Shown piece after piece: positions 19,102 to 28,391 of a DNA stretch of 48,665 bases (its first letter is position 1; each line of letters starts with the position of its first letter). The notes under the pieces were generated by a model. The model saw only the letters and a list, made by a program, of their open reading frames with translations. It made no database searches and was not told where the DNA came from. Source of the DNA: a virus. Its lineage: Duplodnaviria; Caudoviricetes. Position numbers and translations under genes: made by a program. The DNA lies in the IMG/VR virus record IMGVR_UViG_3300012913_000003, positions 1-48,665 of that record; one strand, given 5' to 3'.

Positions 19102-20648
19102 CGGTCCGCGGCTACCGGCTCGGCCTGGACTGGTCGCGCGCCGGAACGTACGCCGGCCCGTACGAGGATGCGTCGGTCTCGTCGGACACCAGCATCGTGA
19201 TCGACGTCGGCCGGGACACCTCCCGCGCCACCGCCGACCTCCCCGCAGGGACGCTCAGCTTCAAGCTCGACGACAGCGCCCGCGCTCTCGCCCCCGACCG
19301 CACCGCCTCGCCGCTCTACGGCAAGGTGGCCCCGGGCGTCCCGGGTCGGCTGGACCTGACCGTCTCCAGCGTGACGACGGCGCTGTTTGTCGGCGCCCTC
19401 GACAAGCTGACCTACGACCCGAACGAGTGGTCGCTGTCCGGCACCCTGATGGACGCATGGGGCCTGGTCGCCAGCCAGAAGATCAGCACCGCGGTCTACC
19501 AGGGCATGCGCACCGGCGACCTGATCGGCATCATCCTCGACGCGATCGGCTGGCCGGCCGACAAGCGCAGCCTCGACCCCGGCGCCACCGTCGTGCCGTT
19601 CTGGTGGGTCGAGGGCAAGGGCGCAGCCGACGCGATCCAGGAGCTGGCCGACAGCGAGGGCCCGCCTGCGATCTGCTACGTCGACCAGGGCGTGTTCGTC
19701 TTCGAGGACCGCCATCACCGGCTGCTGGCCGCCCGGTCGACGACGGCGCAGGCCACCTACACGCACATCTACCCGGAGGGCACCGGCCCGGGTGGGGACA
19801 TCAAGATGCTGCGCGGGTCGATCAGCTATGACCACGGCCGCAGCAACATCGTCAACTCGGTCAGCTTCGAGGTCGACATCCGCGCTCCCGCCGAGACTGC
19901 GGTCGTCTGGTCCACCGACACGCCGTTCGTGGTGCCCGCGGGAACGACGAACACCATCCTGGCGCAGGCGCAGACGGACCCGTTCATCAACGCGGTCGTC
20001 GAGGCGGGCGACTACACGCTGCTCGGCGGCACGATCACCGTCGCCCTGGACCGCGACTCCGGCCAGGCGCTGGCCATCTCGGTCACCGCCGGCGGCACCG
20101 ACGCGACCGTGGCGACGTTGCAGGTGCGGGCCTCACCGCTGTCGGTTGTCCGCACGGTGAAGGTCGAGGCCGAGGACGCCGGGTCGGTGCTGTCGAAGGG
20201 CCACAAGTCCTGGGACCGGCCGCTGCCGTGGGCGGGGCCGTACGACGCGCAGGCCATCGCCGACCGCATCGTCTCCACCTACGCCACCGCCCGGCCCGTC
20301 CTGACCTTCAGCATCGACGGCGCGATCAACAGCACCTACCTGGCCGAGTTCGCCGCCCGCAAGATCTCCGACCGGATCACGGTCCGCGAGGACATCGTCG
20401 GCGTCAACGGCCCGTTCATCGTCGAGAAGATCAGCCGCGAAATCGTCTCGCTCGGCGTCAACTCCCGCCTGACCATCACGTGCGAGCCGCCGCAGCCGAC
20501 CCAGGCCGCCAACGCGCTGACCTTCGACGTGGCCGGCAAGGGCTTCAACGACGGCGCGTTCACAGCCGACGGCGTCGACAACCCAGCCACCCTGTTCCGC
20601 TTCGACGTCGCCGGCGTCGGCTTCGACCAAGGAGTGTTCGGGACGTGA
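19098..20648 (+). CDS. Minor tail/baseplate protein
   Basis: Directly after the tape measure gene; beta-rich; duplicated C-terminal FDVAGxGFxxGxF. Confidence 0.7.
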   Translation: MTVRGYRLGLDWSRAGTYAGPYEDASVSSDTSIVIDVGRDTSRATADLPAGTLSFKLDDSARALAPDRTASPLYGKVAPGVPGRLDLTVSSVTTALFVGALDKLTYDPNEWSLSGTLMDAWGLVASQKISTAVYQGMRTGDLIGIILDAIGWPADKRSLDPGATVVPFWWVEGKGAADAIQELADSEGPPAICYVDQGVFVFEDRHHRLLAARSTTAQATYTHIYPEGTGPGGDIKMLRGSISYDHGRSNIVNSVSFEVDIRAPAETAVVWSTDTPFVVPAGTTNTILAQAQTDPFINAVVEAGDYTLLGGTITVALDRDSGQALAISVTAGGTDATVATLQVRASPLSVVRTVKVEAEDAGSVLSKGHKSWDRPLPWAGPYDAQAIADRIVSTYATARPVLTFSIDGAINSTYLAEFAARKISDRITVREDIVGVNGPFIVEKISREIVSLGVNSRLTITCEPPQPTQAANALTFDVAGKGFNDGAFTADGVDNPATLFRFDVAGVGFDQGVFGT

Positions 20649-21070
20649 GAACCGCGCTGGCCTACCTCAACTGGGGGCGCTGGGTGGCCGACTGCCCTGA
20701 GGCGGGTTGCTTCGACGCCCGCGCCGTCTACCACCCGGAGACCGGGCAGCGGCAGGCCGAGGACGTATGCAAGAACGGCCACCCGTTCCGGATCGACATG
20801 CCGCCGCCGTCCCTCGAGGCGCAGTTGCTCGCCGCGGTGGTCGAGCGCCAGAACGACGCCGACCGGAGCTGGTATCCGAAGGGTCACCCGCGGGCGACGC
20901 TGGCCGGCCTGCCCACCGGGCAGTCCGTCACGGAGCTGATCGCCGAGGGCAGGCAGGTGGAGACGTACCGGGCGGCGGAGCAGGAGAGCGAGCGCGGCCG
21001 GCTGCGCGAGTTGCTGAGCGGGCTCGGCCTGAAGGTCGGTCCTGATGGTCGCGTCGAGGGGAACATCTGA
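20645..21070 (+). CDS. Hypothetical tail-region protein (Cys-containing)
   Basis: GTG overlaps the previous stop; NWGRWVADCP...C. Confidence 0.6.
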   Translation: MRTALAYLNWGRWVADCPEAGCFDARAVYHPETGQRQAEDVCKNGHPFRIDMPPPSLEAQLLAAVVERQNDADRSWYPKGHPRATLAGLPTGQSVTELIAEGRQVETYRAAEQESERGRLRELLSGLGLKVGPDGRVEGNI

Positions 21071-21603
21071 TGGCCTGGTCCACCCCGCTCACCGCGGTTT
21101 CGAATGCGACGCTGACGGCCGCGCAGTGGAACGCCTCGGTTCGCGACAACATGCTCGTCACGCCGGCGGCGCTGGCGACCACCGCGGGCAGCATCTTCGT
21201 GGCGACCGGCACGAACGCGATCGCCCAGAGGACGCCGGCGGCGAACACGGTGCCCACGTCGCAGACCACGACCAACACGTCCTACGTGGACCTGGCCACG
21301 GCCGGGCCTGCGGTGACCGTGACCACCGGCACGACGGCGCTGGTGATGATCGACTGCGAGATCTCCCACGGCTCCACGGGCGTCTCGGCCTATATGGGCT
21401 ACGCGATCTCCGGCGCGACCACGCTGGCCGGCACCGACACCACTGCGTTGAAGTCGACCAACGCGTCCGGTTACCCGATCGCCGCGACCCGCGCGATTCT
21501 TCAGTCGGTGACCGCCGGCAGCAACACGTTCACCGCGAAGTACCGGGTCGACTCGGGCACGGGCACGTTCGTGCAGCGCCACATCAACGTCATACCGTTC
21601 TGA
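21070..21603 (+). CDS. Minor tail/fibre protein
   Basis: MAWSTPLTAV...WNASVRDN N-terminus; Thr/Gly-rich beta domain. Confidence 0.7.
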   Translation: MAWSTPLTAVSNATLTAAQWNASVRDNMLVTPAALATTAGSIFVATGTNAIAQRTPAANTVPTSQTTTNTSYVDLATAGPAVTVTTGTTALVMIDCEISHGSTGVSAYMGYAISGATTLAGTDTTALKSTNASGYPIAATRAILQSVTAGSNTFTAKYRVDSGTGTFVQRHINVIPF

Positions 21604-21616
21604 TCGGGAGGACCTA

Positions 21617-21982
21617 GTGGACTGGTCGGCGGGCTACGTGCCGCCCCTGCTGAAGGGCATGCACAGTGTGCGGGCGGACGTCGGCTCGTCGCCGATGTTC
21701 ACCGACCGCACCCAGTACCTGGTGACGCTGGAGATGTTGTCGCTGATCAGCATGGTGATGAAGGTCGTGCAGGACCTCGCGCCGGCGACCGTCACCGATG
21801 CGTTCTGGCAGGCGCGGCTGAACATCGCGATCGACACCGGGCCGAACGGTGACCGGTCGGGCTGGCCGGGCTGGGTGTTCCTCCAGGTCCCGCCGGAGCA
21901 GCTCGCCCGGTACGGCGCGACCGAGGCCGACTCGATCGCCGTGCTTCAGGCGAAGATCAACGCCTACAACGCGGGGAGCTGA
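21617..21982 (+). CDS. Hypothetical protein
   Basis: RBS GGGAGG, GTG start. Confidence 0.6.
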   Translation: MDWSAGYVPPLLKGMHSVRADVGSSPMFTDRTQYLVTLEMLSLISMVMKVVQDLAPATVTDAFWQARLNIAIDTGPNGDRSGWPGWVFLQVPPEQLARYGATEADSIAVLQAKINAYNAGS

Positions 21983-21984
21983 CC

Positions 21985-22860
21985 ATGCCCGCCTGGACCG
22001 TCGTCCCGTGCCTGCTGAAGCTGCGCGACGAGTTCAACCGGCTCAGCCCCGGCCGGGACAAGGGCGCCGACGGCACGATCGGCGACAGCAACCACACCTC
22101 GACCTCGGACCACACCCCCGACGAGGACTCGACCGCCCTGCGCGGCAAGGACGCCGACAGCAGCAACGAGGTCCACGCCCTCGACATCGACAGCTCCGGC
22201 CCCTGGCCGGACGGCAAGCGCGGGGACATCGAGGGCAGCTGGTTCGACAAAGAGATCAAGAAGCTGATCGCCGAGGAGAAGCGGCGCTGGCTCGATCCGA
22301 ACGACATGTGCCGCCTGAACTACATCATCTGGCGCGGCCACATCTACGACAAGGACGACAACGACTTCGCGCCGAGGGCCTACACCGGCGCGGACCCGCA
22401 CACCAACCACGCCCACTTCAGCGCCCGGTACGAGACCCGCGCCGAAAACGACACCCGCCCCTGGGGCATCTGGGAGGACGACGACATGGCACTGAGCAGC
22501 GCCGAATTGGACGACATCGCCGAGCGGGTGTGGGCGCGCAAGCTGCGCAACCCGTACAGCAACACCGACCAGGCAGCCGGCGACATCCTGCGGTACGCGC
22601 CGAGCCGGCAGGGCCACCTCGATACGCAGACCGCGATTGCCGCGCTGTCGGCGCAGCTCGCCCAGTTCGTCACCGCCGAGGCCACCGACGACGCGGCCCG
22701 GGCGGCGGCGCAGACGCAGATGCGGGAGGCCCTCGACGGCTTGGCTGCCAGCGTCGTGGCGCAGGTGATCGCCGCGCTGCCCGAGGGTTCCGACCCGGTC
22801 AGCCAGGAGGAAGTCACGACCGCGGTGAGTGCCGCGTTCCGGTCGGCGTTCGCCGCGTGA
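21985..22860 (+). CDS. Endolysin (Zn peptidase, M15-like catalytic domain)
   Basis: DGTIGD..H....SDH.PD, VHALDID, YIIW, DPHTNHAHFS; lies after the tail genes. Confidence 0.8.
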   Translation: MPAWTVVPCLLKLRDEFNRLSPGRDKGADGTIGDSNHTSTSDHTPDEDSTALRGKDADSSNEVHALDIDSSGPWPDGKRGDIEGSWFDKEIKKLIAEEKRRWLDPNDMCRLNYIIWRGHIYDKDDNDFAPRAYTGADPHTNHAHFSARYETRAENDTRPWGIWEDDDMALSSAELDDIAERVWARKLRNPYSNTDQAAGDILRYAPSRQGHLDTQTAIAALSAQLAQFVTAEATDDAARAAAQTQMREALDGLAASVVAQVIAALPEGSDPVSQEEVTTAVSAAFRSAFAA

Positions 22861-22892
22861 TCCGGCTTGTGCCGGGCAAAGGCGGATCATGA

Positions 22893-23162
22893 GTGAGCCC
22901 CGAGAAGCTGATTGGCTATATCAGGGACGCGGGCTGCGTGCTGGTGGGCCTGGGCGGGATCACGTACCAGATCGTCAGCGGCGAGGTGAACGGCCAGCTC
23001 CTCACGACGTGCATGGGGCTGCTGGGCATCGCGGGCGGGATCCGGGTGTGGCAGCTGCGGCCCGGTTCGAGCACGGCTGGTCGTGGACGATCGTCGGGGT
23101 CACGCTCGTCGGGCTCACGCTCGCGGTCGCCCTCCTCTTCGTCGGCGGACGGTGAGCCGTGA
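22893..23162 (+). CDS. Two-TM membrane protein (lysis cassette)
   Basis: Two hydrophobic helices and a Ser/Arg-rich tail, directly after the endolysin. Confidence 0.6.
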   Translation: MSPEKLIGYIRDAGCVLVGLGGITYQIVSGEVNGQLLTTCMGLLGIAGGIRVWQLRPGSSTAGRGRSSGSRSSGSRSRSPSSSSADGEP

Positions 23163-23440
23163 CCACGCCGAGGGTGCGGCTTTGGTACGCGCTGCTGGTG
23201 AGCTTCGTGGCGTGCGTGGTCGTGGCCGGTTCGTCGGTCGGGTATGCGAGCTGGGTGAACCAGCAGGCTGAGCGGCGCTCGGAGGCGGCCCGGCAGGAGT
23301 CGGACCGGCGCTGGTGTGCCCTGCTCACCGACCTGGACGACGCGTACCAGGGGCCGCCGAAGCCGACGACCGCGCTGGGGCTGAAGGTGGCCGAGGAGAT
23401 CCACCGGCTGCGCCTCGGCTTCGGCTGCCCGGCACGCTGA
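23159..23440 (+). CDS. Single-TM membrane protein (lysis cassette)
   Basis: N-terminal TM, coiled segment, WC...C. Confidence 0.6.
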   Translation: MTTPRVRLWYALLVSFVACVVVAGSSVGYASWVNQQAERRSEAARQESDRRWCALLTDLDDAYQGPPKPTTALGLKVAEEIHRLRLGFGCPAR

Positions 23441-23772
23441 ACGCACGCAGGGCCCGGCGGCTGGTGACCGCCAGGCCCTGTCGCGCTTGCTGCCACGGGA
23501 TCCCGGGGCCTCCCCCTGGGGCTGTGGCCAGCCCCGCCAGTCCGGCTGGCACGGTGTCGGTCGTTTGCCCGCGTCCGGGCGTGGAGGCCTCCTCCACCCC
23601 GCCGGTTTGCCCTGGTGGGGCGCGCCCGGCGGGGGCGCTGCCTGGCCGCCGGCACCACCCGCTGCGTCCTGACACCCCTAGCGTCGCACCCTGAAAATTC
23701 AGGCACAAGCGCCTGAATATGTCTCACCTGATCGGCTTGCTACACCTGGCCGTTCGGCTGATACGCCCCAGG

Positions 23773-24027
23773 TCAGGGGCTTGCCTCGACCCAGGTCCCG
23801 CCGACGGTCCGCATCCAGCGCCGCGCCGTAGCCCGCGCCAGCCGCTCGGCACCCAGCCCGGCGTATACGCACGCCCCCGGGCGCAGCGGGCCGACGCCGT
23901 ACCAGCGCGCATACCAGCCGCCCACCACCGTGCCGACCGCGACGAACGTGGCGGCCTGGTCCCACTCGCCGCCGTTGCGCCACCGCTGCCGCTCGGCGTG
24001 CCGCCCCAGCGCCGTCACCCGCTCCAT
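23773..24027 (-). CDS. Hypothetical protein
   Basis: Leftward ORF inside the lysis region; weak support. Confidence 0.35.
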   Translation of the reverse strand: MERVTALGRHAERQRWRNGGEWDQAATFVAVGTVVGGWYARWYGVGPLRPGACVYAGLGAERLARATARRWMRTVGGTWVEASP

Positions 24028-24062
24028 CCCGCCAGTAGAACACGCGTTCGAAGGGAACTGCC

Positions 24063-24416
24063 ATGTCGTTCAAACCCTCGCGCGACCCCGCGCTCTACCT
24101 GTTCCTGGTCGCGACCGGCGTCCGGCTGCTCTCGGCCTTCGTCCTGCACGTCGACGACGAGACTCAGGCGCTGATCAACGCCCTCGCCACCGCGATCGCG
24201 GGCGCGATCGTCGCGCTCGTCGTGGTCCGCGACAAGCAGGTGCCCGCCCTGCTCGGCGTCACCCAGGCGCTGCTCGCGCTCGCGGTCGGCCTCGGCCTGG
24301 ACGTGTCGGCCGAGAACCAGGCCCTAATCATGTCGTTCGTCGGCGGCCTCGCCGCGGCGTTCGTCCGCACCCAGGTCACCGCACCGGTCAGCTCCATCGG
24401 AGACCGCCAGATCTAG
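24063..24416 (+). CDS. Holin-like 4-TM membrane protein
   Basis: RDPAL N-terminus, four hydrophobic segments, VRTQVTAP C-terminus; RBS AAGGGA. Confidence 0.75.
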   Translation: MSFKPSRDPALYLFLVATGVRLLSAFVLHVDDETQALINALATAIAGAIVALVVVRDKQVPALLGVTQALLALAVGLGLDVSAENQALIMSFVGGLAAAFVRTQVTAPVSSIGDRQI

Positions 24417-24455
24417 CACCGGGCCGCGCATCCTAGCGGCACCCACCGACAAGTT

Positions 24456-24487
24456 CGGCCCCTCGCCTTCGGGCGGGGGGCCGCTTT
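24456..24487. terminator. Terminator between convergent operons
   Basis: CGGCCCCTCGCC-TTCG-GGCGGGGGGCCG-CTTT. Confidence 0.75.
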
Positions 24488-24499
24488 CGCGTGTCCGGG

Positions 24500-24967
24500 C
24501 TACTTCTTCTGGATGGTGATGTCCAGGCCGCTGTCCGGATGGTAGGTCCACCGGGCCGAGTATCCGGGCCAGGAGTCGGTCTGCTGACCGTCGAGCGCCC
24601 GCGTCCCGTCGATGTGCTGCACCACCGCGGCCGGGGCCTTCAGCTCCTTGAGGATGCACGCCTCGGTCTGGACGTCGACCGGGCCGAGGATCTGCTTCGT
24701 CCCGGCCGCGTCGATGATCAGCGTCCGGCCGCCGTCGGCGAGGGTCGTGCTGGTCCGGCCGTCGTTGCACGCCTTGTCGGCGTCGGCGAGCGCCGAACCG
24801 GACGCGCGGTTCCAGATCAGCGAACCGGCGCCGACGAGCACGATCAGGACGGCGACGATGATGCCGCGGGTCCGGCCCGACCAGGCGGACCAGCCGGACC
24901 GGGCCGGCGTCGGGGCCGGCCAGCCGGCGGGCTCAGTCGGCGGCTGCGGTGCGGGCTGATAGGTCAT
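24500..24967 (-). CDS. Membrane-anchored protein (possible superinfection exclusion or spread function)
   Basis: Pro-rich N-terminus, one TM helix, extracellular domain with two Cys. Confidence 0.65.
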   Translation of the reverse strand: MTYQPAPQPPTEPAGWPAPTPARSGWSAWSGRTRGIIVAVLIVLVGAGSLIWNRASGSALADADKACNDGRTSTTLADGGRTLIIDAAGTKQILGPVDVQTEACILKELKAPAAVVQHIDGTRALDGQQTDSWPGYSARWTYHPDSGLDITIQKK

Positions 24968-25089
24968 CGCGGCGTCCCTGCTCGATCGGTGACGGGTCGC
25001 TCACAGGGTGAGGCCGGATCGGGCTGGCGTCGAGCGCGCAGCCGACAGATCAGATGATCGGCCCCGGTCACTGTGGATGATCGGCCGAC

Positions 25090-26793
25090 CTACTCCGCGC
25101 CGACCCACGCCTTCAGGTCCTCGACGGCGTAGGCGTTCACCCCCCGCTTCTCCCCGACCGGTGCCGGCACCGTCCCCACCTTCCGCTGCAACCGCTTCTT
25201 CGTGGCCTCGTACGACCAGGGCAGCACACCGGCGTCGATGGCGTCCCGCAAGGTCATCATGTCCCCGTCCCCAGGGACATTGCTGCTCAGGCCGCTATCA
25301 AGCCCCGCCGGGACTTCCGCGAGACCCCTTGCCTGCTTTGCGGTCAAATACGCAACTTGTACCTCAGTGGCCGTTCCGCCGATCACAACCTGCCAACGGC
25401 CCAACGTGCGACTCGCACGCGGCATCGCAGCCTCCGGCACGAGCATCTTCCACGCGTTCGTCGTGTACCGCGCCAGGCACCGGATGCCGAAGTTCTCCCG
25501 CGCCTCGGGCCCGCCGATCGCCCGCGCCGTCAGCATCTGCGCGATCGCCAGCACGTTGACCAGCGCGCTGCGGCCCATGAACAGGATGTCGGCCAGCGCG
25601 GCGATCGCCGGCGACTTCTTCGGATCGGACTTCTCCCGCGTCTCCGCCCAGTAGTTCGTGAGCTGCCCGATCGTGGCGTTCAGCTCCTCGCAGATCACGA
25701 AGTACCGCTCGCCCGGGACCCAGTCGTCGTCCTCGTACAGCGCCATGTCGTTGCGCTCGTTCGCCAGGCCGGCCAGCCGGATCAGCGCGTCGTGCATCTG
25801 GTGCGGCTTCGTGCAGTAGTCCACGCCCGGCAGCCCCACCGCCCAGCGGTGCGAACCCTTCCGGTCCAGGATGACCACCCGGCCGCCGCGCCGGAGCACC
25901 TGCACCGCGATGAGCTGGGCGAGGACGCTCTTGCCCGCGCCCGAGCCGGCCGAGAGCGCGATGTGCGGGCTGTCGTCCTTGAGCGAGATGATGACCGGCA
26001 CGTCGCCCGGCCCCTGGCCGACGTAGAACTCCCACTCCTGCAGCCGGTCCAGGTGCCGCATGACGTGCTCAAGGTTCACCTGGGCGGGCGGCCGCTTGCG
26101 CACGGTCCAGCGGGCGCGGACCCGGCGGCCGACCTGGTTCCACGACTCGACCAGGTCGGACACGGGGATCTTGCTGGTGATGATGCTGCTCACGAGCTGC
26201 CGCTGCTCGGCGGTCAGGTACGGCGTCTCGACCAGCAGCTCGATCCGCGGGCCCAGCACCTCACCCGGCCGCCGGAACACGACCAGCTTCGACGTGGCGG
26301 GCCGCGCCCAGCCCTGCACCCGCCACACCCCGCGCTGCACCCGCTCCGGCAGCCAGCGCAGCACTGGCTCCACCCGCTCGCCGTACCAGCGCCGCGCCGC
26401 CACCTCCGCCGGGGACAGCGGCTTCGCCAGCCGCGGCGTGAGCTGACCGAGCGCCGGGTCCACCAGCAGCCGTACCCGGATGTCGTCCAGGCCGAGTGCG
26501 GGCGACATCGCGGCCAGCGTCGGCGCGATGTACTCCCCGACGAACCGGGACCGCCGGGCGAACCGCGGCCCGCGCCACACGGCCAGCAGGACCAGGGCGC
26601 CGACGACAACCTGGGCGGCCGTTTGGTCGAACATCGCCACCACGACGGCCGGGGGCAGGCCGAGCCGCCACGCCTGCCGCTGCCACCCGGCCAGCCGGGC
26701 CGGGCCGGGCCGCAGGTAAGGGTGCCCGGTCCGGCCGTCGATGGGCCGGCCGGAGGCGTACCGGTAGAGCCAGTGCTTGCCGTCGTCGGCCAC
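25090..26793 (-). CDS. TraB/Tra-like FtsK-SpoIIIE family DNA translocase (actinomycete plasmid transfer type)
   Basis: N-terminal TM helices; Walker A SAGSGAGKS; VVILDRK; Walker B FVICEELN; ARENFGIRCLARY arginine-finger region; small C-terminal wHTH-like domain. Confidence 0.8.
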   Translation of the reverse strand: MADDGKHWLYRYASGRPIDGRTGHPYLRPGPARLAGWQRQAWRLGLPPAVVVAMFDQTAAQVVVGALVLLAVWRGPRFARRSRFVGEYIAPTLAAMSPALGLDDIRVRLLVDPALGQLTPRLAKPLSPAEVAARRWYGERVEPVLRWLPERVQRGVWRVQGWARPATSKLVVFRRPGEVLGPRIELLVETPYLTAEQRQLVSSIITSKIPVSDLVESWNQVGRRVRARWTVRKRPPAQVNLEHVMRHLDRLQEWEFYVGQGPGDVPVIISLKDDSPHIALSAGSGAGKSVLAQLIAVQVLRRGGRVVILDRKGSHRWAVGLPGVDYCTKPHQMHDALIRLAGLANERNDMALYEDDDWVPGERYFVICEELNATIGQLTNYWAETREKSDPKKSPAIAALADILFMGRSALVNVLAIAQMLTARAIGGPEARENFGIRCLARYTTNAWKMLVPEAAMPRASRTLGRWQVVIGGTATEVQVAYLTAKQARGLAEVPAGLDSGLSSNVPGDGDMMTLRDAIDAGVLPWSYEATKKRLQRKVGTVPAPVGEKRGVNAYAVEDLKAWVGAE

Positions 26794-26898
26794 GTCGTCC
26801 TTTCAAGGTGGTGGCGCAGGCCGCGTCGACTGCGACCTGCGCCCCTCTTACCTGCTACTTCGGGTCGTTGTCGAAGATCCCGGTGCCCTTCTTCGCCA

Positions 26899-27024
26899 TC
26901 AGCCGTTGCCGCCCTTCGCCTGCTCGTTGGCCAGCCGTCGGTAGGCCTCCTGGCCGGCCTGCTTGGCCGTCTTGCCCTCCTGCCGCAGCTCCTTCTTGAC
27001 CTGCTCGTACTTTTTGTCCGCCAT
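26899..27024 (-). CDS. Small charged protein (41 aa) of the transfer operon
   Basis: Not in the ORF track. RBS GAGGAGG; MADKKYEQVKKELRQEGKTAKQAGQEAYRRLANEQAKGGNG. Confidence 0.6.
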   Translation of the reverse strand: MADKKYEQVKKELRQEGKTAKQAGQEAYRRLANEQAKGGNG

Positions 27025-27039
27025 CTCGTTCACCTCCTC

Positions 27040-27837
27040 TCAGCTCTCCTCTGTGTGGACGAGGTGCCGCAGCGCGGCGCCCATGCCGAGCACGGCAACC
27101 GGGACGCCGGACACGGCGAGCGTGATCCACCACGGCGCCGAGGTCATGCCCGCCGCGATCATCAGGTGGTACGCCGCCTGACCTGCGAAGCCGAGGACCA
27201 GCGAGCCCATCGCCGACCACCGGGCGAACCTGCGCGCCTTGGCCGGCACCGCCCCGGACATCCACACGTTCAGCGCGTACGCGGCGTAGGCCTCCAGGCC
27301 GATGGGCAGGGTGATCGCCGTGTTGAGCTGGGCGTCGTCCCAGATTCCCGGCAGCGGGTGGACGATCCCGAACCCGGTCAGCCGGCCGAGGTCGACCCAC
27401 CCGGACCAGATGGCGACGAACGCGCCGAACGCGATCAGCACCACCGGCCACGACCGCGGCCGCCGACGGGCCGGGTGCTTCCCGGGTGCTTCCGAGATCA
27501 CCTCGGCGGGCAGCGGGGCGGCAGGCTCCAAGACCATCGGGACCTGGTCGGCGTTGACGGTCGGGAAGCGGACCCGCGGGACCGGCCCCGATCCCGGGTG
27601 GCGCTTCCGAGACGTCAACCGGCGCAGCGTCTTCCGGGCGTCCCGGCGCCGCTGCACGCCAGCCTCGCGGGCCTCGTCGCCGAGACGCGAAAGCACCTCG
27701 TTGACGACCGGCCACCCCTTCGACAGGTGCCGCTGAAGCTCCCGCTTCGACGGCAGCCGGCCGCCGGCGGTCAGCTCGCGGCCCCTCGCGAGGAGGTCGG
27801 CGTCGACCTCGACACGGCCGTTGTCGGTGATCGTCAT
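27040..27837 (-). CDS. Spd-like plasmid spread membrane protein with N-terminal HTH-like region
   Basis: Four TM helices; WSGWVDLGRLTGFG and LPIGLEAYAAYAL; N-terminal LPSKRELQRHLSKGW. Confidence 0.65.
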   Translation of the reverse strand: MTITDNGRVEVDADLLARGRELTAGGRLPSKRELQRHLSKGWPVVNEVLSRLGDEAREAGVQRRRDARKTLRRLTSRKRHPGSGPVPRVRFPTVNADQVPMVLEPAAPLPAEVISEAPGKHPARRRPRSWPVVLIAFGAFVAIWSGWVDLGRLTGFGIVHPLPGIWDDAQLNTAITLPIGLEAYAAYALNVWMSGAVPAKARRFARWSAMGSLVLGFAGQAAYHLMIAAGMTSAPWWITLAVSGVPVAVLGMGAALRHLVHTEES

Positions 27838-28133
27838 CGCGCACCGACCTGGTCGCGCTCGGCCGCTGGCTCGTCGGCGGGGCTGAGGTCATCGGCGATG
27901 CGCCGCTCCATCAGCAGCAGCGTCACCCAGCCGACGCCCCACGGCACGACGACGCCTGCGGCCACCAGCTTCGCGCTGACGTCGGCGAACGGAAGGTAGG
28001 CGGGCGCTGCGATCCACAGCGAGGTGGCGGTCGTGCACAGCGCCGCAGTAGCGGCGAGGCGCTTGAGGCCGACCCGCGGCAGCGACAGGGACACGCTGTA
28101 GGGGAGGCTGCGGAGCCACGTAGCGGGTGTCAT
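27834..28133 (-). CDS. Two-TM membrane protein, first gene of the transfer operon
   Basis: ATG at 28133 lies within an operator palindrome; two hydrophobic segments. Confidence 0.55.
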   Translation of the reverse strand: MTPATWLRSLPYSVSLSLPRVGLKRLAATAALCTTATSLWIAAPAYLPFADVSAKLVAAGVVVPWGVGWVTLLLMERRIADDLSPADEPAAERDQVGAR

Positions 28134-28200
28134 GACACCCACGCTAACATGGGTGTCATGACACCTACAACCGTGACTACGCGATCAGGTCATGACACCC
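28125..28200. promoter_or_regulatory. Three copies of palindromic operator GGGTGTCATGACACCC in a divergent promoter region
   Basis: Perfect 16-bp palindrome at 28125-28140, a 15/16 copy at 28151-28166, and a partial copy at 28185-28200. Confidence 0.8.
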
Positions 28201-28208
28201 TGATCGGC

Positions 28209-28391
28209 GTGACGTCGAAGGGCACCGACCGCCGGACCATCCGGGTCGAGCCAGACCTGTGGGATGAGTTCGGCGTCGCTGCTGACGCACAACCCGACAA
28301 ACGGTCGGGCGTGCTGCGCGAATTCATGCGCTGGTACCTCGGCAAGCCCGGCGCCGAACTGCCGAGTCGCCCGGCCGCCGACGATGAGTGA
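28209..28391 (+). CDS. Ribbon-helix-helix (Arc/CopG-like) regulator
   Basis: RRTIRVEPDLWDEF...RSGVLREFMRWYL has the RHH pattern; adjacent to the operators. Confidence 0.75.
   Translation: MTSKGTDRRTIRVEPDLWDEFGVAADAQPDKRSGVLREFMRWYLGKPGAELPSRPAADDE

Noticed and set aside
23555-23620. c-di-GMP-I riboswitch-like GGGCAAACC...GGACGC on the minus strand
   Set aside because: It lacks the GNRA loop and the GCAAAG continuation expected for the family. Kept only as part of an unexplained structured region.
25357-27999. 880-aa plus-strand ORF and other long antisense ORFs (e.g. 295-2394, 35121-37133)
   Set aside because: These are shadow ORFs of high-GC coding regions on the opposite strand, with no motifs.
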